From a virus (lineage: Duplodnaviria; Caudoviricetes): a DNA stretch of 40,401 bases. The notes beneath the pieces were generated by a model. It was given only the letters and a program-made list of their open reading frames with translations, had not been told where the DNA came from and did not search any database. Position numbers and translations under genes: made by a program. Of this stretch, positions 1 through 8,275 are shown piece after piece. Location of the stretch: positions 1-40,401 of IMG/VR virus record IMGVR_UViG_3300043113_000314; one strand, 5' to 3'. Numbering within the stretch: the stretch's first letter is position 1; the number at the start of each line of letters is the position of its first letter.

Positions 1-123
1 CGCCGCGCCCTGCTCGCCGGTAGCCGACGCCGCGCCCCGCTCGCCGGTAGCCGACGCCGCGCCCCGCCAACCGGTAGCCGACGCCGCGCCCCGCCAACCG
101 GTAGCCGACGCCGCGCCCTGCTC
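1..123. repeat. 27-bp coding tandem repeat (about 4.5 copies visible)
   Basis: Unit cgccgcgccc(c/t)gc(tcg/caa)ccggtagccga; encodes GAASATG(W/E)(R/Q) on the minus strand. Confidence 0.95.
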
Positions 124-525
124 AATCGTCACATGCGCGTCATCGCTCTTTATAGCTTTCGACCAGACGTAATCCCACGCGCGCTTGACCAAATCGCCGA
201 TCGTTATCTCAAAATCGATCGTGATCTTTGCCGACGCGATCTTGATACCGTCGTCGGTGTTTGTTTCGCCGTCCTGCGTGACGACGCAGAAGCGCGAACC
301 AGCGGGAGGATAATAATCGAATACCGACAGTGGGTGGGCATCAGTATTACAGGCGTGGAAACCGTTGTTACAGGCCTTTACCGTACCTTCATGCTCGAAG
401 GTTTTTCCTACCTCGAACTGATATCCCCGGCACGACAGGTTTTTGTCGAAGCCCTTGATTGAGACGATGACCGGCTCTGTGGCTTTCGCCTTCTTCGTTC
501 GCGGTGTCTTTGCTGCCTCGGCCAT
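1..525 (-). CDS. Phage early protein (DUF7666-like N-terminal domain plus GAASATGxx repeats); 3' end runs off the window
   Basis: Missing from the ORF track. ATG at 525 with GGAGG at 531-535; translates MAEAAKTPRT...IKGFDKNLSCRGYQFEVGKTFEHEGTVKACNNGFHAC...EQGAASATGWRGAASATG, open to base 1. Confidence 0.85.
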   Translation of the reverse strand, partial: MAEAAKTPRTKKAKATEPVIVSIKGFDKNLSCRGYQFEVGKTFEHEGTVKACNNGFHACNTDAHPLSVFDYYPPAGSRFCVVTQDGETNTDDGIKIASAKITIDFEITIGDLVKRAWDYVWSKAIKSDDAHVTIEQGAASATGWRGAASATGWRGAASATGERGAASATGEQGAA

Positions 526-564
526 TCTCGCCTCCATGCGCCGCGTCGTGCGGCTGTGGAGGTA

Positions 565-618
565 TATCTATATGCGCATACGCATAACCGCAAGTGATAA
601 ATTATGCGCTGGCGAATT
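565..618 (-). promoter_or_regulatory. pL promoter with operators OL1 (571-586) and OL2 (603-618)
   Basis: TATGCG-N4-CGCATA and TATGCG-N4-CGAATT; minus-strand TTGCGG-N17-TAGATA flanks OL1. Confidence 0.75.
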
Positions 619-632
619 TTATTTTTCGGAGA

Positions 633-1235
633 TTAGTTCGGGATAATGGCCTTAACCGGGGCAGCCCACTCGATTTCAGCATCCTCGATCATTGGCGCAT
701 TGGTGGACATGAGGTGGTAGCGCTGCGGCTTAGAGCCGCGCAAAACCTTCTTTACCAAGCTACGGCCATCGACCAGCTTGACGACGCACAGGCGGTTCAA
801 AACTTCGTGCTCGATAACGGTCTGCTCACCAGTATAAATCAGTCGCCAGCCATCCTCTGCGGTAGGAATAAGGCTATCACCCTTAACCTCAACGGCAACC
901 GCCCTGCCCTTCACAAATTCAGGCCTATCGACCGTTCCAATACCGTCTCCGTGGGCCATGTCATCGTAGCTATAGACTGCTGCGCCCGCGCCAACATAGC
1001 CCACAATAGGAATTTCGGAAGCGTCTTCGCTGCGCATTGGCTGGCCGAGGAAGCGCTCTAAGCTTGTTCCAGCAACATTTGCGAGCTGGCTAAGGGCTTC
1101 ATGCTTTGGTGCAGAACCGCGCTCCCAACGCGCTACCGTGCCCTGCGTCGTGTCCAGGAGATCCGCAAATTCGGTCTGTGTCATACCCTTCGCAAGACGG
1201 AGGCGTTTGATACGTTCTGACAAGGGAGTGCTCAT
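633..1235 (-). CDS. cI: CI-like repressor (XRE HTH plus S24 peptidase)
   Basis: HTH MTQTEFADLLDTTQGTVARWERG; VGAG cleavage motif, GDSL Ser and VKK Lys; likely start ATG at 1235. Confidence 0.93.
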   Translation of the reverse strand: MSTPLSERIKRLRLAKGMTQTEFADLLDTTQGTVARWERGSAPKHEALSQLANVAGTSLERFLGQPMRSEDASEIPIVGYVGAGAAVYSYDDMAHGDGIGTVDRPEFVKGRAVAVEVKGDSLIPTAEDGWRLIYTGEQTVIEHEVLNRLCVVKLVDGRSLVKKVLRGSKPQRYHLMSTNAPMIEDAEIEWAAPVKAIIPN

Positions 1236-1241
1236 AGGGCG

Positions 1242-1320
1242 TCGGTAGCGCGAGATGGGTGCCCTACCCAATTCGCCAACGCATATCATGCTTGACTACC
1301 GATATTCGTATGCGCATATA
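1242..1320. promoter_or_regulatory. pRM/pR divergent promoters with operators at 1270-1285 and 1303-1318
   Basis: AATTCG-N4-CGCATA and TATTCG-N4-CGCATA; plus strand TTGACT(1292)-N17-CATATA; minus strand TTGGGT-N18-TACCGA ending 6 nt before the cI ATG. Confidence 0.75.
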
Positions 1321-1328
1321 TGTCCGAC

Positions 1329-1496
1329 ATGGACATCCGAACAATTCGCAAGGCCTTGGGCCTGTCGCAGGCGGAAATGGCCGAAAAGCTCGGCCTTACG
1401 CAAGGGACCGTATCCCGGTTCGAGAATGGCAAGCTGGATCTCGACGAGCGAACGCGGCTCGCGGTGGAAGCTCTGCGCATGAAAGCCGCCGCATGA
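1329..1496 (+). CDS. cro: Cro-like HTH repressor (55 aa)
   Basis: Missing from the ORF track. MDIRTIRKALGLSQAEMAEKLGLTQGTVSRFENGK...; divergent from cI and shares its TQGTV recognition helix. Confidence 0.9.
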   Translation: MDIRTIRKALGLSQAEMAEKLGLTQGTVSRFENGKLDLDERTRLAVEALRMKAAA

Positions 1497-1633
1497 CCCC
1501 AACCGGCACCCTCGGCATCTACCTCACACGCCGCAGCCGCAAGCCGGTGATCGCGCGCATCTACCGGGTGCCACCTCACAACGCACACACCGACGCCGCA
1601 CAGATCGGCGCAACCCAGGGAGAGACAGCGTGA
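1493..1633 (+). CDS. Small hypothetical protein (46 aa)
   Basis: ATGA overlap with cro; GTGA overlap with the next ORF. Confidence 0.55.
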   Translation: MTPTGTLGIYLTRRSRKPVIARIYRVPPHNAHTDAAQIGATQGETA

Positions 1634-1773
1634 CGGTTCACACTATTCTCGTTTGTTGGCCGATCGCCAGCGTGGTCGCGGGCATATGGGTAGGCCGCTC
1701 GATTGCTGCGGCTGATTTGCGCGACGCGGAAAATGTCAAGTTTGTTGGTCTCATCCATAAGGATGGCCGATAA
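1630..1773 (+). CDS. Small single-TM protein (47 aa)
   Basis: GTG start after GGAG; MTVHTILVCWPIASVVAGIWVGRSIAAA...; TAATG coupling to the next gene. Confidence 0.55.
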   Translation: MTVHTILVCWPIASVVAGIWVGRSIAAADLRDAENVKFVGLIHKDGR

Positions 1774-2228
1774 TGCTGCAGTGCAACGACTGCGAGCGGG
1801 AAAGGCCCGTCTTTTCCGCTTCCGCTGTTTTACAACGGGTTGGCGGTGATTTGGCGCTGATCAAATCGCAAGACGCGCTGTCCTACGCCGACATCGGCGC
1901 GGTGCTCGGGGTTAGCGAGGATCAAGCCGCGAAGTATTGCGAGGGCACCGCGACCATGAATTTGGTCACCTATGCCCGTGGTAAGCGCGAATGGGCTGGT
2001 CGGTTCACCGGCAGTCTAAACCGTCTCTGTGGTGGCAGCAAGAAGAGCTGTGACACCGACCGCGAGCGCGAGTGCAAGGTTATGCGTGCGGCGGCTGTTC
2101 TGTCCTGCGCTCTGGTCGATGGCGGCCAAGTTAGCGCTTCCGTCATTCGCGAGAACCGATCGACGTTTGAGGCTGCGTTCGATGCGATCGGGGAATTGCT
2201 CGGCAAGCAAGATCGAGGTGCGGCATGA
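1773..2228 (+). CDS. CII-like HTH regulator
   Basis: HTH-like LSYADIGAVLGVSEDQAAKYCEG; position downstream of cro. Confidence 0.6.
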   Translation: MLQCNDCERERPVFSASAVLQRVGGDLALIKSQDALSYADIGAVLGVSEDQAAKYCEGTATMNLVTYARGKREWAGRFTGSLNRLCGGSKKSCDTDRERECKVMRAAAVLSCALVDGGQVSASVIRENRSTFEAAFDAIGELLGKQDRGAA

Positions 2229-2926
2229 AAAAGAATGGCCCCGTCACAAGTCAAGAGCGTGACCAGATCATCGCTGCATTGCGTGATCCAGACCATGTTT
2301 TAACCCATATTCGCGAACTGTTCGGGCGGCGCATTGAGACGATCCGCAAAATCGCTGCTGACTTCGGGATAGAGGTTTCGCAATCGGTTCCGGTCATGCC
2401 ACCGATCTCGCTGCCCGATGACTTTGCCGACCATGCGGCCACGAGCTCAAACCCGCAATTGATGCAGCGATACGGTGTTTCGATGAATCTCATCACTCGC
2501 TTTCGGAAGCAATCCGGCATCGCCGCACCGAAAGCGGGCACGACATATGCCCCACTGGCTGTGCCGGATGGCTTTGCACTGGTCGCACCGACGATGACGA
2601 TCAAGCAGCTTCGGTTGCATTATGGGCGCGGTCCAGAGGTCATCCACCGCTGGCTGGGTGAAGCCAATGTTCGGCCTAAAAAGCTGACGCCTGGATACCA
2701 GCACGCTGCAAGAACGGTCGTCCACCGCGATATGTCGGCGATGGGTCAAATAGCCGATTACCTCCGATATTGGGGGCCGGTGTTCCGGTGCAACGCCAAT
2801 GGCCGGGCAGACATCAAAGGCACGCACTGGCGGCGCGGGTCCGCTGTGCTGACGGATGCCGAACTGACCGAGCGCGCTATCATCAAAGGTTTTTATACCG
2901 ATGACTGGAAAAGGATTGCTGCATGA
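2225..2926 (+). CDS. Hypothetical protein with tandem HTH-like units
   Basis: Internal repeats LPDDFA...QRYGVS...ITRF and VPDGFA...LHYGRG...IHRW; coupled at both ends. Confidence 0.7.
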   Translation: MKKNGPVTSQERDQIIAALRDPDHVLTHIRELFGRRIETIRKIAADFGIEVSQSVPVMPPISLPDDFADHAATSSNPQLMQRYGVSMNLITRFRKQSGIAAPKAGTTYAPLAVPDGFALVAPTMTIKQLRLHYGRGPEVIHRWLGEANVRPKKLTPGYQHAARTVVHRDMSAMGQIADYLRYWGPVFRCNANGRADIKGTHWRRGSAVLTDAELTERAIIKGFYTDDWKRIAA

Positions 2927-3117
2927 TCTGGAGCCTATTCCGCCGCGCGAAGGCTGCGCCTGTGGTGGTGCCTGCGATCGACCCGCGCCGCTTCGACGCC
3001 CTCGGCAATGACCTGTCGGCGTTGACCAAGCGCGTCCGGCGCGAGGTGATTGCCGCGCGCAAGGCGGAGATCACCGAAGCTCTTAAGACGGGTGCGTCGG
3101 TGCGGTGGGCTCGATGA
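2923..3117 (+). CDS. Hypothetical protein
   Basis: ATGA coupling at both ends. Confidence 0.65.
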   Translation: MIWSLFRRAKAAPVVVPAIDPRRFDALGNDLSALTKRVRREVIAARKAEITEALKTGASVRWAR

Positions 3118-4385
3118 GCGCCGCTGTTCTTGAAGGCGATTGCAGGGTGCTGATGGCGGCGATGGAAGAAGCATCCGTCGATAGCATCTGCACCGATCCG
3201 CCATATGGTCTTTCGAGCGAACCTGATTGCGCCGAGGTGCTGACGCATTGGCTCGCAGGTGACGATTATGAGCACACCGGCAATGGCTTCATGGGCAACA
3301 GCTGGGACAGCTTCGTGCCGGGTCCGGCGGCCTGGAAGGAAGCCTATCGCGTGCTCAAGCCGGGCGGCTTCCTGCTCGCGTTCTTCGGCACGCGGACATA
3401 CGACCTCGGCGTGATCGCGATCCGGCTGGCCGGTTTCGAAGTCCGCGACATGGTCCACTGGCTGTACGGTTCGGGCTTTCCGAAAGGCGGCAACCGCGAC
3501 GGTAAGGGCACGTGCCTCAAGCCCGCTCACGAACCGATAGTTCTCGCACGCAAGCCGTTCAAGGGATCGGTCGCCGCGAACGAGGCGAAGCACGGCACTG
3601 GCGCACTCAACATCGACGCTTGCCGCATCCATGCCGACGACGCGCAGGGCGGCACCGGCAACTGGAGGCCAGACGACGGCGTTGAATATCACGGCCAGAT
3701 GAAGCCGGGCCGCTGGCCTGCCAACGTCGTGCACGACGGCAGCGACGAGGTACTGAACGGATTCCCCGACGCTCCCGGTAAAATCGCTAACGCGAGCCTC
3801 TCGCCAGACCGGCGAAAATCGCAGAACGTCTATGGCGTAATGCGTGCTGGTCGTGGCGACGAGCCGAGCGCCGACAGCGCGAACACCGGTGTCGTTGGCT
3901 ATCAGATGCGCCCCGGCGAACGCCGTCTCGACAGCGGCAGCGCCGCCCGTTTCTTCTACTGCGCCAAGGCCAGCAAGTCCGATCGCGATGAGGGACTCAA
4001 CCAGTTCGCCCCGCAGCAGTTCGTTCAGTTCCAGACCGGGAACGGTGAGAGCGGCGCGGCGTCCAGCCTGAGCGAAGGCCGGGACACGCAATATCGCAAC
4101 ATCCACCCGACGGTGAAGCCCGAGGCGTTGATGCGGTGGCTGGTGCGCCTGATCACGCCACCCGGCGGGCTGGTGCTCGATCCGTTCACCGGCAGCGGTT
4201 CGACCGGAAAGGCTGCAGTGCTGGAGGGACTCGACTTCATTGGCTGCGAAATGACGGCGGAATATCTGCCAATTGCCCGCGCGCGCATCGCGGCGGCGGA
4301 AGTGCGCGTCATTGCCGAAACAGAACGGGCTTCGGTGGCGTTGGCAGAGCCCGTTCAGATCTCGCTGTTCAGTGCAGCCGCATGA
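3114..4385 (+). CDS. Orphan N6-adenine/N4-cytosine DNA methyltransferase (beta class)
   Basis: TDPPY catalytic motif precedes HPTVKP and DPFTGSGSTG (SAM-binding). Confidence 0.93.
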   Translation: MSAAVLEGDCRVLMAAMEEASVDSICTDPPYGLSSEPDCAEVLTHWLAGDDYEHTGNGFMGNSWDSFVPGPAAWKEAYRVLKPGGFLLAFFGTRTYDLGVIAIRLAGFEVRDMVHWLYGSGFPKGGNRDGKGTCLKPAHEPIVLARKPFKGSVAANEAKHGTGALNIDACRIHADDAQGGTGNWRPDDGVEYHGQMKPGRWPANVVHDGSDEVLNGFPDAPGKIANASLSPDRRKSQNVYGVMRAGRGDEPSADSANTGVVGYQMRPGERRLDSGSAARFFYCAKASKSDRDEGLNQFAPQQFVQFQTGNGESGAASSLSEGRDTQYRNIHPTVKPEALMRWLVRLITPPGGLVLDPFTGSGSTGKAAVLEGLDFIGCEMTAEYLPIARARIAAAEVRVIAETERASVALAEPVQISLFSAAA

Positions 4386-4819
4386 CTGCCGGCGGATCAC
4401 TTCAGTTGCGTCAGTACCGCATAGCGCGCCGCGACGGTGCCACGGTCGAGGATGCCTGCGCCACCAGCGGAATCCCCGCATCCGAGGCGCGCCTGATCGA
4501 GGCCGATGACGCGAAAAATCCGCCGCCGCCCGAAGCATTTGAACTGCTCGGCCACAATTCTGGAGAGAAACCTATGTCTGACAACGCGAACATCAAAGAC
4601 GATCATCTCCGCTTGCTGGTAGAGAGAATCGAACGGCTGGAAAGCGAAAAGAAGGGCATCGCCGACGACATTAAGGACGTGTACGGCGAAGCTAAGTCAA
4701 CTGGCTACGATACCCCCGCGATCCGCCGCATCATTCGCGAGCGAAAAATCGATAAAACCAAGCGTGACGAAGCGCAGGCGGTCTATGAAACCTATGCGGT
4801 TCAGCTCGGCCTGTTCTGA
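4382..4819 (+). CDS. gapR: GapR/DUF2312 nucleoid-associated protein with N-terminal extension; internal start at 4574
   Basis: LRLLVERIERLESEKKGIADDIKDVYGEAKSTGYD...YAVQLGL is typical GapR; ATGA-coupled start at 4382 and GGAGA-preceded ATG at 4574. Confidence 0.88.
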   Translation: MTAGGSLQLRQYRIARRDGATVEDACATSGIPASEARLIEADDAKNPPPPEAFELLGHNSGEKPMSDNANIKDDHLRLLVERIERLESEKKGIADDIKDVYGEAKSTGYDTPAIRRIIRERKIDKTKRDEAQAVYETYAVQLGLF

Positions 4820-5163
4820 TGACGCACCCGATCATACTTCCGTGGCCCCCGTCCACGCTCTCCGGCCATGCCAAGGGGCATTGGCGGGGTAAGGCGGCGC
4901 TCACCAAGAAGTTCCGCGCCTGGGCGCATACCGCGACGCTGGAAGCTGGCCGGGTCGATATCCCTGCGACGGGTGACATCGCAATTCGGTTCACGTTTTA
5001 CCCGCCTGACAACCGCAGCGATCGTACCAATATGCCGAATAGGCTCAAGGCCATGATCGACGGCATTTCTGATGCGCTCGGCGTCAACGACAAGCGGTTT
5101 CTGCCTTCATACGTCTATGCCGAGCCTGAGAAGCCCGGTCGGGTTGAGGTGGTGATCGGATGA
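4819..5163 (+). CDS. rusA: RusA-like Holliday junction resolvase
   Basis: LPWPPS, FYPPDNRSDRTN, KAMIDGISDALGVND, GRVEVVI. Confidence 0.75.
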   Translation: MTHPIILPWPPSTLSGHAKGHWRGKAALTKKFRAWAHTATLEAGRVDIPATGDIAIRFTFYPPDNRSDRTNMPNRLKAMIDGISDALGVNDKRFLPSYVYAEPEKPGRVEVVIG

Positions 5164-5345
5164 GCGTCGTCGCCCTCCTGCCCGTAGCCGGAAATGCCGA
5201 GGCCGCATGGGAGCGCTACGCCGCGCTCGCGCGCGACTGGGCCGAAAGCGGTGACATTCGCGTCGACCTCGAAGCCAATAAGCGGCTTGCCCGCGCCTGG
5301 CAGGAATGGCGCGACCTTTTCCTCGCATTGGACAATCGATGCTGA
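5160..5345 (+). CDS. Hypothetical protein
   Basis: Coupled between rusA and dnaB. Confidence 0.65.
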   Translation: MSVVALLPVAGNAEAAWERYAALARDWAESGDIRVDLEANKRLARAWQEWRDLFLALDNRC

Positions 5346-6775
5346 TGCGGCGCTACGAAACGGTGGTCGCTCCCGCCTACCCCGAAAGCGTCACACCTCT
5401 CGAGGGTGAGATCGCCATGCTGGCGATGCTGCTGAACGACAACCGCCGCGTGGACACCGTGGCCGATCTGCTACGCGGCGAGGATTTCGCGGAGCCGCTG
5501 TTCGGGCGGTTGTACGATCGCATCGTGCAAATCGTCTCGGCTGGGCAGCAGGCGAACCCGATCACGCTGCATCCGCTTTTCGCGGCCGACCCCGGCTACA
5601 TCGAAATGAACGGCATGGCGTTCCTCGCCGACCTGACCGGCGGCGCGGCGAACATGGCGTTGCTGATCCGCGCGCGCGACCAGGCAGAGACGATTGCCGA
5701 ATGCGCTGCGCGCCGCCGCCTCATTGATGCCTCTAACTCGTTGCTCGAGCGCACCGCCGACCGCGAACTGACCCTCGCGACACTCGTCGACGAAGCCGAT
5801 GCCGCGCTGGTCGCCGCCATCGAGCGCCGCGAACCGTCGCGTCAGGCCACGCTGGACCAAGGCATCGGCATGGCGCTCGACCGGATCAAACTGATCAAGG
5901 AAAATGACGGCAAGATCGGCGCATCTACCGGACTGTTGGAGCTAGATCAGCTTGTTGGCGGTTTTGAGCCGGGCCAGTTGATCATTGTCGGTGGACGCCC
6001 TGGAATGGGTAAGACCGCAGTGGCGTGCGCAGTAGCGCTTGGCCTCGCGCGCAATGGGCATGGCGTCCACTTCGCCAGCATGGAAATGAGCAGCAGCGAA
6101 CTTGCGACGCGCATGATGGCTGACTTGGCCTGCCGAGCGCTTGGCGACTGGATACCTTTCGATGCCCTTATTGAGGGACGGACAACGCTGAATCAGGACG
6201 AGCGCCTTTCACGGTTGAGAGCGGCAAGCCGTGAATGGCCGCTGGAAATCGACGATCGTAGCGCCATGTCGGTCGCTCGGTTATCGCTCGCCGTCCGCCG
6301 CACCAAGCGCCGCATGGCGGCCAAGGGCCAAACGCTCAAGGTCGTCATTATCGATTATCTCCAGTTGATGACATCCGAGCAAAAGGGCCAGTCAGCATAC
6401 GAGACCGTTTCGGCGATTTCCAAGGGTCTCAAGATCCTCGCGAAAGACCTGGAAGTGACGGTGATCGCGCTGGCGCAGCTTAGCCGCGCTGTAGAGCAGA
6501 GGGACGACAAGCGGCCACAGCTCGCCGACCTTCGCGACAGCGGCCAGATCGAGCAGGATGCCGACGCGGTGCTGTTTCTGTTCCGCGAGGAATATTATCT
6601 CAGCGGCAAGGCCAAGGCGGGCAATGAGGAGGCCCATGAGCGCGCCAGGGCGTCCGCAGCGGGCAAGCTGGAGCTAATCCTCGCCAAGCGCCGCAATGGG
6701 CGCACAGGGCGCGCTACGGTCCAGTATCTGACCCCTTATCAGGCTGTGCGCAGCCTTGACTGGGGTCGTATATGA
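5339..6775 (+). CDS. dnaB: Replicative DNA helicase DnaB
   Basis: GGRPGMGKT Walker A, SMEM, IIDYLQL, AQLSR, DLRDSGQIEQDAD, KRRNG. Confidence 0.96.
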   Translation: MLMRRYETVVAPAYPESVTPLEGEIAMLAMLLNDNRRVDTVADLLRGEDFAEPLFGRLYDRIVQIVSAGQQANPITLHPLFAADPGYIEMNGMAFLADLTGGAANMALLIRARDQAETIAECAARRRLIDASNSLLERTADRELTLATLVDEADAALVAAIERREPSRQATLDQGIGMALDRIKLIKENDGKIGASTGLLELDQLVGGFEPGQLIIVGGRPGMGKTAVACAVALGLARNGHGVHFASMEMSSSELATRMMADLACRALGDWIPFDALIEGRTTLNQDERLSRLRAASREWPLEIDDRSAMSVARLSLAVRRTKRRMAAKGQTLKVVIIDYLQLMTSEQKGQSAYETVSAISKGLKILAKDLEVTVIALAQLSRAVEQRDDKRPQLADLRDSGQIEQDADAVLFLFREEYYLSGKAKAGNEEAHERARASAAGKLELILAKRRNGRTGRATVQYLTPYQAVRSLDWGRI

Positions 6776-7284
6776 GCGCCCGGCCTTATCATAAGCGCTA
6801 CCATTCCGATGCGCTCGCTGGGTTTATGTCGCTCACCTTGGAAGAGCGTGGCGCTTATCAAACCGTGCTGGACCTGATTTACGATCGCGGCGGCCCGATC
6901 GCCGACAACGAGCGGTTGCTTGCTGGCTACATGGGATGCTCGGTTCGGAAGTGGCGCGCGCTACGCGACGAGCTGATTGCGAAGCGCAAGATCAGCGTCA
7001 ACGAAGGCGGTTTGATCACATCCGACGACTTCGACGATCGTCTGTATGGCGACGATGCGCGGAAGCCTCTGTCGAGGTCCACGCGCCAGCGCATTATAGA
7101 ACGGGATGGCGAGATATGCGCCTATTGCGCGCGTCGTGCTGACCCGCTCGAGATCGACCATATCCACCCGTTTTCGCGCGGCGGCACTGATGATGATGAG
7201 AATCTCACCGTCGCCTGCCGCACATGCAACCAAGCTAAGGGCGCGCTGACGCTCGGTGAGTGGTCGGGGAGTTCCGTGCAATGA
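6772..7284 (+). CDS. YdaU/DUF1376-like domain fused to an HNH endonuclease
   Basis: N-terminal RYHSDAL...LTLEERGAYQTVLDLIYDRGGPI; C-terminal CAYC...IDHIHP.SRGG...NL...CRTCN..KG. Confidence 0.85.
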   Translation: MSARPYHKRYHSDALAGFMSLTLEERGAYQTVLDLIYDRGGPIADNERLLAGYMGCSVRKWRALRDELIAKRKISVNEGGLITSDDFDDRLYGDDARKPLSRSTRQRIIERDGEICAYCARRADPLEIDHIHPFSRGGTDDDENLTVACRTCNQAKGALTLGEWSGSSVQ

Positions 7285-8078
7285 CAGCCACGAAAAGCTC
7301 CGCTGCGAAGCCCTGGATGAAGTTCTATCCGCAGGACTGGCGCGCTGACGAGAAGCTCCGGATGTGCAGCCTCGCCGCGCGCGGGCTGTGGATGGAGATG
7401 CTCGCCATCATGCACCGGTCAGATCGGTATGGGCAACTTCTGGTGGGCGGGAATGTCCCGACACCGGCACAGTTGGCCGTGCAGGCAGGATCGTCCGAAA
7501 CCGAGGTAGAAGCCCTCCTTGCCGAGCTTCGGAATGCAGGCGTTTTTTCGGTCTCCGGCGCGGGCGCGATCTATTCGCGCCGGATGATTCGGGATGAAAA
7601 ACGGGCCCAAAATGCCCGAAAAAACGGGAAATCCGGAGGTAACCCAAGCCTCTCTAAAACAAAGAATAATCATGCGTCGGATAAGGGTGAGGATAACGTG
7701 CAGGATAAGGGTGAGGTTAAAGCCCAGAGGCCAGAGACCAGAGACCAGAAAGAAGAAAGCTATAAGCCTGCTATCCCAATTTCCCCCGAACGCGATTCTG
7801 TTCCGATCGGGGAATTTGATCAGCGATGCCGTGCGCTGGCCCAAATCATCAACCTCACCCGACCGATTGCTGCATCGGATCGAGCCCAGTTGCAGGCCTG
7901 GATCAGGGAGGGGTTCCATTTCGAATACCACGTCATCGAAGGCGCGAAAGTCGTCGTTGCGCGGGAGGAGGCGAAAGGCGGTTCGGTCCGGTCTTTCAAA
8001 TATCTCGACGGCGGGATCCGCGATTACCGCGCCGAATGGCTGGCGGAGCGGAACCGCCTGAACGGAGCGGCGGCGTGA
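7281..8078 (+). CDS. Phage replication initiator (lambda O-like)
   Basis: PWMKFYPQDWRAD...CSLAARGLWMEML N-terminus, NGKSGGNP, linker carrying iteron-like repeats. Confidence 0.75.
   Translation: MTATKSSAAKPWMKFYPQDWRADEKLRMCSLAARGLWMEMLAIMHRSDRYGQLLVGGNVPTPAQLAVQAGSSETEVEALLAELRNAGVFSVSGAGAIYSRRMIRDEKRAQNARKNGKSGGNPSLSKTKNNHASDKGEDNVQDKGEVKAQRPETRDQKEESYKPAIPISPERDSVPIGEFDQRCRALAQIINLTRPIAASDRAQLQAWIREGFHFEYHVIEGAKVVVAREEAKGGSVRSFKYLDGGIRDYRAEWLAERNRLNGAAA
7679..7751. repeat. Candidate replication origin (iterons)
   Basis: Four 12-bp-period GG(A/T)TAA units at 7679, 7691, 7703 and 7715, then four CCAGA(G/A)(G/A) heptamers at 7724-7751, in an A-rich part of the initiator gene. Confidence 0.65.
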
Positions 8079-8275
8079 GCGGCCTGCGATCCTCCCTAAC
8101 CCCGCACGCCGGTTCGACGGGTGAGCCCAATGCCGTCGCAGCGCGCAAGGCAGCGCGAGACGCATTCCACGCCAGCGACATCGTGCTGATCCGGCTCGCC
8201 TGGCTGAACGCTGCGGACCGGCGCGACCTGATCCGGATCGCGGAACGGGTCCACGGCCGACGCAGATCGGGATGA
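8075..8275 (+). CDS. Hypothetical protein (66 aa)
   Basis: GTGA/ATGA coupling at both ends. Confidence 0.6.
   Translation: MSGLRSSLTPHAGSTGEPNAVAARKAARDAFHASDIVLIRLAWLNAADRRDLIRIAERVHGRRRSG

Noticed and set aside
1-123. Possible CRISPR array
   Set aside because: Units are contiguous with no unique spacers, have a 27-bp in-frame period inside a coding sequence, and no cas genes are present
133-462. Plus-strand 109-aa ORF and neighbours in the ORF track
   Set aside because: Antisense shadows of the real minus-strand gene starting at 525
2883-4538. 551-aa minus-strand ORF
   Set aside because: Shadow of the methyltransferase; long antisense ORFs are expected at this GC content
5880-6430. More AT-rich patches within dnaB (and in terL at about 12600-13000) as possible inteins or introns
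   Set aside because: Reading frames and motif spacing are normal and there are no splicing motifs; at most recombinational mosaicism, which I could not quantify
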